From Gammaproteobacteria bacterium (GTDB taxonomy: Bacteria > Pseudomonadota > Gammaproteobacteria > Eutrophobiales > Eutrophobiaceae), in NCBI GenBank assembly GCA_963422205.2, contig CAXMWX010000001.1, positions 416,001 through 480,000 on the forward strand: 64,000 nt of DNA. Reading direction: 5' to 3'. Positions 58,952 through 64,000 of this stretch are shown piece by piece. A model generated the notes under the pieces. It was not told the origin of the DNA. It did no database searches and worked only from the letters and a program-made list of their open reading frames with translations. Every line of letters starts with the position of its first letter. The first letter of the stretch is position 1. The position numbers and the translations under genes are program-made.

Positions 58952-59889
58952 TCGTGGTGACGGGTGGGGCCGGTTTTATCGGCAGCAATCTCATCGGCGG
59001 GCTGAATGAGCAGGGCTATCACGATATTCTCGCCGTGGATGATCTGACGGATGGGCATAAATTTCGGAACATGGCCGGCCATAAGATCGCCGATTATATG
59101 GATAAGGAGGATTTTCTGGCTCTGCTGCGAGAAGCGGATGGGTTGCATCAGGTGGAGGCCGTCTTCCATCAGGGGGCTTGTTCGGTCACCACCGAAACGG
59201 ACGGCCGATACATGCTGTACACCAACTATGAATATTCCAAGCGGTTATGGCAGGCGTGTGTGCGCTCGGCTGTGCCATTGATCTACGCATCCAGTGCCGC
59301 TGTCTATGGCACCGGGGCTGTCTTCAGTGAAGCGGATGAGGCGGCAACCCCGGTCAATGTGTATGCGTATTCCAAGTTCCTGTTTGATCAGTACGTGCGC
59401 CGCTCTGCTCACAAGGCAAACAGCCAGGTGGTTGGCCTGCGTTACTTCAATGTGTTCGGCCCGCATGAACAACACAAGGCCGCTATGGCAAGCGTCATCT
59501 ATCATTTTAACCAGCAGCTAAAACACACCGGCAAGGTCAAATTATTCAAGGGCAGCGGGGGTTATGCCGATGGCGAGCAACGGCGCGACTTCATCTTTGT
59601 GGATGATGTGGTCAAGGTCAATCTGTGGTTTCTCCAGCACCCGGAGCTGAGCGGGATTTTTAATGTCGGTACAGGCCAGGCCCACAGTTTTAATGCGGTT
59701 GCTAACGCTGTCATTAGCTGGCATGGGCGGGGAGAGATTGAATACATTGATTTCCCCCAGCACCTGCACGGCAGTTATCAGAGCTTCACCGAGGCTGACA
59801 TCAGCCGCTTGCGAGAGGTGGGCTACCCGCATGAATTTACCGGCCTGGGGCAGGGTGTGCGGTGTTATCTGGATTGGCTCAATCGGTAG
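58948..59889 (+). CDS. hldD: ADP-L-glycero-D-manno-heptose 6-epimerase
   Basis: MIVVTGGAGFIGSN, FHQGACS, YASSAAVYG, YAYSK, LRYFNVFGP. Confidence 0.96.
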   Translation: MIVVTGGAGFIGSNLIGGLNEQGYHDILAVDDLTDGHKFRNMAGHKIADYMDKEDFLALLREADGLHQVEAVFHQGACSVTTETDGRYMLYTNYEYSKRLWQACVRSAVPLIYASSAAVYGTGAVFSEADEAATPVNVYAYSKFLFDQYVRRSAHKANSQVVGLRYFNVFGPHEQHKAAMASVIYHFNQQLKHTGKVKLFKGSGGYADGEQRRDFIFVDDVVKVNLWFLQHPELSGIFNVGTGQAHSFNAVANAVISWHGRGEIEYIDFPQHLHGSYQSFTEADISRLREVGYPHEFTGLGQGVRCYLDWLNR

Positions 59890-59920
59890 TCAACAGCGCA
59901 TGAAACAGGCGTGATCCTGC

Positions 59921-61207
59921 ATGATGCGTTTTCTCTACAGTGTCTTGCTGTATCTACTTTTACCATTCATCATGATCAAGCTGCTGACAAGCAGCATTAC
60001 GCATACAGGATACAGAAAAAGGCTGGGTGAGCGTTTTGGCCATATTGACTTTCAGCAAAGCGCTCGCCCGGTCATCTGGCTGCATGCCGTCTCCGTCGGG
60101 GAGGTGCAGGCGGCCAGGCCGTTGGCAGACAGGCTGCTGAAACAGTATCCGCACTATCGCCTGCTCATCACCACGACTACCCCCACCGGTGCGGCCACAG
60201 TGCGGCGATTATTTGGCGATGCGGTTGAGCATTTTTATCTGCCTTATGATCTGCCCCATGCGGTCAATAAATTTATCTCCAGCATCAAGCCTGCACTGTT
60301 GATCATTATGGAGACCGAGCTCTGGCCGAATCTGCTGCATTACTGTAAAGCACATGGCACACATACAGCCCTGGTGAATGCGCGCCTGTCCGATCGATCC
60401 TATGCCGGTTATAAAAAATGCGCTGCCCTGGTGTGTCAGACCCTGGCGAAGTTTGATCTGCTGATTGCCCAAACCGACAAAGATGCAAGGCGATTGATCC
60501 GGCTTGGGGCAAGACCCGCCGCGGTACATGTCAGCCCCAATCTTAAATACAACATCACCATTGCCAGCAGTGTGTATGAACAAGGCGAGGCCATGCGCCG
60601 CCTGTTATCCCCGGACCGGCCGGTGTTCATGGCAGCGAGCACCCATGAGGGAGAGGAGCAAATTCTGTTTGAGGCATATCGGGAGATAAGAAAAAACGTG
60701 CCGGATTGTCTGCTGATGCTGGCACCCAGACATCCCGACCGGGCCGCCGCCATCAGGAAGATTGCCCTGGGTTATGGTTTATCTGTGGCCTTGCGTAGCC
60801 AGCCCGGTGATTACCATAAGGACAGCCAGTTATTTTTGATCGACTCCCTCGGTGAATTACCGGTATTTTATGCCTGTGCGGATGTTGCCTTTGTGGGCGG
60901 CAGCCTGGTGCCGCTGGGTGGTCATAATGTGCTGGAGCCGGCGGCTATCGGTTTGCCGGTGATTACCGGCAGGCATGTGGCGAATTTTCAGGAGATAGTT
61001 GACAACTTAAAGCAGCACGAAGCTATCGTTGTGGTGGCCGAAGCCGGTGAGCTGGTGACGGCGGTGTTGCAGTTTATTGCCGATGCCAATAAACGCCATG
61101 GTTACGGTGAACGTGCCAGAGAGGTCATATCGGCCAACCAGGACGGCGCCCGGCGTATCATGGAACGGCTGCAAGCCTTCCTGGCACCTGAGAAGCGGTG
61201 TGTGTAA
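59921..61207 (+). CDS. waaA: 3-deoxy-D-manno-octulosonic acid transferase
   Basis: IWLHAVSVGEV, YLPYD, METELWPN, AASTHEGEE, PRHPDR, GGHNVLEPA. Confidence 0.96.
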   Translation: MMRFLYSVLLYLLLPFIMIKLLTSSITHTGYRKRLGERFGHIDFQQSARPVIWLHAVSVGEVQAARPLADRLLKQYPHYRLLITTTTPTGAATVRRLFGDAVEHFYLPYDLPHAVNKFISSIKPALLIIMETELWPNLLHYCKAHGTHTALVNARLSDRSYAGYKKCAALVCQTLAKFDLLIAQTDKDARRLIRLGARPAAVHVSPNLKYNITIASSVYEQGEAMRRLLSPDRPVFMAASTHEGEEQILFEAYREIRKNVPDCLLMLAPRHPDRAAAIRKIALGYGLSVALRSQPGDYHKDSQLFLIDSLGELPVFYACADVAFVGGSLVPLGGHNVLEPAAIGLPVITGRHVANFQEIVDNLKQHEAIVVVAEAGELVTAVLQFIADANKRHGYGERAREVISANQDGARRIMERLQAFLAPEKRCV

Positions 61208-61304
61208 CCTGATTGCTGACACTTGGCTTCGGTAAACGGCTGGTCAATTTTTTCGTATCTGCTACCATGCAGCCATACTGTACATTCTGCGGGGAGGTAT
61301 CGTC

Positions 61305-61688
61305 ATGCGCTATGCGTTTTTATTCGTGGTTGTGTTGTTGCCGGGGGTGGCATTAGCTGCTGCCTACCCGACGATTGAGACCGTCAGGATGGTGGTCACC
61401 TGTATGGCGGCCATGGGCGAGCAGAACGAAGAGAATCTGATCACCTGTGCCTGCAAACACGATGTCCTGCAAGATCAGTTGACGTTCAAGGAGTATGAGG
61501 AGGGTAATTTGATGGAGCGCTATCGAAGTATGCCGGGGGAGAAAGGCGGCATCTTCAGGGAAAATGAATTGGGCGAGGGTTATCTGAGAAAGATAAGCGC
61601 CGCCCGGAAGCTGGCAGATCAGCAGTGTCCAACTGTCAAAAAAATCAGCATCAAGCGAGATAAAGACAATAACATCATCCGGGAATAA
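61305..61688 (+). CDS. Small secreted cysteine-containing protein beside the quinoprotein cluster
   Basis: GGGGAGG RBS, signal peptide, YPT...CM...CAC...C; located next to the SoxYZ-like and PQQ dehydrogenase genes. Confidence 0.6.
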   Translation: MRYAFLFVVVLLPGVALAAAYPTIETVRMVVTCMAAMGEQNEENLITCACKHDVLQDQLTFKEYEEGNLMERYRSMPGEKGGIFRENELGEGYLRKISAARKLADQQCPTVKKISIKRDKDNNIIRE

Positions 61689-61822
61689 TCTCCCATAAGC
61701 GAAGGTATTGATGCAGCCAATCCGGGGAAATGATCTCTGGGGAGATGGCAGGTGTGCAGGATGATGATCTGCCGACCGGCCCCTTGGATTATGTTAGGAT
61801 TATTTTATTTATGCAGCAACCC

Positions 61823-62707
61823 TCAGCCGGACATCAGATCATGTTCTGACTGCCAGTGGTTGTTGGCGGTATCTCCCACCTTGAACGTCATGGTGCCGGC
61901 CTTGTCGGGCAGGAAAAAGAAGCGCAGGCTGGGGTCCATGCTGACAGAGAAAGTCAGCAGGGCTTTCATGATCATCGTGCCGTTGTAGCTTACTTCCAGC
62001 GAGTTGACAAAATGTGCAGGCGGTCTGACACGTGAGCCAATACGCATGGGTTGCAGGCCGGTAATGTTGGGATGTTTTATCCTCAGCTGGACAAGATTCG
62101 GCTCACCGTATGCCAGCTCGCCGACGGTACGCATCCGCATCTGCCCCATATTGGCGATGGAGTCATCTATGCTTTTGGGCGGCGGTGCAGAGCAGGCCCC
62201 GGTCGCCCGCACAAAACTCTTGCTCATGTACAACTCGCCCGTGTTGAGCTCGGCAATGGCGCGCACAAAGGTAAAATCATCCACCCGAATACGCATGGCC
62301 AAATCGGCTTTGCCGCTGTTTGGTGTGAAGTCAAAAATGCCCACCAGAGGGGTCGGGTTTTTATCCACGAAGACATGTATCTGCTTGATGTATCTGTCGA
62401 CCGCCTGCGGGATTTTTGTGTGTATGGTGAGCGGGACGATGGTCGCATCCTCGGCGCGAAAAGGTGCTTTTAATTGCAGGATTTTATGGCTGGAGTCCTC
62501 AACTATCCCACGCTCACCAAAGGTTTGACCACGTAGCTGCTCTTCCCATACCTGATCGGACTGCTGTTCTCGCCAATCTGTCGGCATGACATCGGCCATC
62601 ACATCGGTATGGCCGCTACCAAGCACCAGCAGAAAGACCAGACAGGGGAATGACATTTCCATGCCCGGGATTTTCAGGGCTGATATTTCTCGTATTGCAT
62701 CTGACAT
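61823..62707 (-). CDS. Quinoprotein dehydrogenase-associated SoxYZ-like carrier
   Basis: APFRAEDATIVP, VDKNPTP, RIRVD..T.VRAIAE, FVRATGACSAP, IKHPNITGLQ, SVSMDPSLRF. Confidence 0.85.
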   Translation of the reverse strand: MSDAIREISALKIPGMEMSFPCLVFLLVLGSGHTDVMADVMPTDWREQQSDQVWEEQLRGQTFGERGIVEDSSHKILQLKAPFRAEDATIVPLTIHTKIPQAVDRYIKQIHVFVDKNPTPLVGIFDFTPNSGKADLAMRIRVDDFTFVRAIAELNTGELYMSKSFVRATGACSAPPPKSIDDSIANMGQMRMRTVGELAYGEPNLVQLRIKHPNITGLQPMRIGSRVRPPAHFVNSLEVSYNGTMIMKALLTFSVSMDPSLRFFFLPDKAGTMTFKVGDTANNHWQSEHDLMSG

Positions 62708-63288
62708 GTGCAGGCCTCCTTCGCTGCCTTTTAAGGGCGCTCGTTATGACATATAACGACTGACTATGCTACTTTGTGTGCATTTGTCAACTATCTTGCC
62801 GCAAGTGCCCTGGAAGTGGTACGGCGTAACGGCTATTGCGAGTGTTGCAATATGCAATAATATCTGGACAAATATTTTGCACGCAGTACGCCCCTAGTGT
62901 AACCCTTAAAAAATATTGAAATAGTTGTCATAAGCTCATGTATTTACTAAGAAAGCCTGGCAATCAAAGCGGAGGGGGTGGCGGCTTTTGGCAGGTTATG
63001 GGAAATTCGCTTGCAGCTTGAGTATGAAAATTTCCTAAGATACCCGCCAGTTGAGTGTGCCAGCGCTGTTTGTGAATCGGTGATTACAGTCAGCATAAAT
63101 TTGGATTACAGTTATCTTACATATAATTTGCATGGCAGCTTTTCTAAAAAATTCAACGCACGATGGTTACGTTTGACATGCAACGTTTTTTAGCCCTTCG
63201 TCTATGCACGGTCTCGGCGTAGTGGGGGGGTGTCTCAACTTAACGAGATCACAATGACTAAACCAACAACTATAGAGAGGAGGAGGTC

Positions 63289-64000
63289 ATGAGTAAATTG
63301 TCCTTCAGTAAGTGGATAATTGCTTGTCTGGCTGTGGTGTTTTCCCTGACAGTGACTGCGAATGACGAAGTTCGCAAGCTGACAGAGAATCCAAACTACT
63401 GGGCTTTTCCAGGCGGCAATTACTGGAACTGGCGTTATTCTGAGTTGAATCAGATTAACAACAAAAATGCCAGTAAAATAGTGACGGCGTGGACGTTCTC
63501 TACCGGACGTCTGCAAGGTCATGAGGGGGGGCCTCTGGTGCTGCCGCCAAGTGCGACAGGGCTGGAGTCCGATCATCTGTACATCCATTCTTCGTTCCCG
63601 AATGATGTTTTTGCCGTCAATCTGGATGATCTGACCATCACCTGGGCGTATGAACCACAGCAGAATGAGGCAGAGACCGTGCCGGTGATGTGTTGTGACA
63701 TCGTCAACCGCGGCCTGGGTTACAGCATGGGGCAGATCTACCTGCAACAGGCAGATACCAAGCTGGTGGCGCTGAACGCCAAGACCGGTAAAGAGGTCTG
63801 GTCAACCTGGAATGGTGGCGACATCCCTGAATCGCAAGGCGGCCCTTATGGCCCCAAGAAGGGTATGACCAACACCAACGCACCGCACCCCATTAAGGAC
63901 AAGGTCATTACGGGGTGTTCCGGGGCGGAGTTTGGTGTGCGTTGCTGGCTGGCCGCTTACAATGCGAAAGATGGCTCGCTGGCCTGGCGTGCTTTCAGCA
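63289..64000 (+). CDS. PQQ-dependent methanol dehydrogenase large subunit, XoxF/MxaF family (runs off the window)
   Basis: AGGAGG RBS; manual translation MSKLSFSKW...RYSELNQIN...AWTFSTG.LQGHEGGPLV...PVMCCDIVNRGL...GAEFGVR. Absent from the ORF track because no stop falls in the window. Confidence 0.88.
   Translation, partial: MSKLSFSKWIIACLAVVFSLTVTANDEVRKLTENPNYWAFPGGNYWNWRYSELNQINNKNASKIVTAWTFSTGRLQGHEGGPLVLPPSATGLESDHLYIHSSFPNDVFAVNLDDLTITWAYEPQQNEAETVPVMCCDIVNRGLGYSMGQIYLQQADTKLVALNAKTGKEVWSTWNGGDIPESQGGPYGPKKGMTNTNAPHPIKDKVITGCSGAEFGVRCWLAAYNAKDGSLAWRAFS

Overview
Chromosomal window from a GC-rich gammaproteobacterium. The PQQ methanol-dehydrogenase-like gene suggests C1/alcohol oxidation; a host-associated lifestyle is only a guess. 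Most of it is housekeeping: apt, nfi, aas, rnhA-dnaQ, argD-argF, pcm-nlpD-rpoS, adk, metY-rimP-nusA-infB-rbfA-truB-rpsO-pnp, iorAB-like, metA, rpsP-rimM-trmD-rplS-xerD, dsbC, hldE-hldD-waaA and the start of a xoxF/mxaF-like gene. There are three accessory zones. (1) About 18.1-21.0 kb: a decayed AmmeMemoRadiSam B-A gene, a sulfotransferase whose 5' end is about 48 copies of a 7-nt repeat (probable phase variation), and an IS481-like remnant. (2) A ~10.5 kb defence island at the 3' end of tRNA-fMet, with a degenerate att copy at 31546-31561: hsdR, YhcG-type nuclease, HEPN toxin, an MNT-antitoxin::HsdS fusion, a GmrSD-like gene flanked by 37-bp direct repeats, and hsdM. (3) About 40.4-44.0 kb: a 523-aa putative defence protein, a second IS481-like remnant and two tandem DUF1640-like genes. 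Most unusual signals: two families of 22-30 bp REP-like micro-insertions that I could find only inside the transposase genes (removing them restores the reading frame) and, as related longer units, in the hsdS linkers; both IS right ends sitting exactly 5 bp upstream of a sigma70 -35 box; and a HEPN/MNT toxin-antitoxin module wired into the type I RM specificity subunit. Single-base frameshifts in nfi, nlpD and the HEPN gene may be assembly errors. All calls come from motif recognition by eye; no searches were run.
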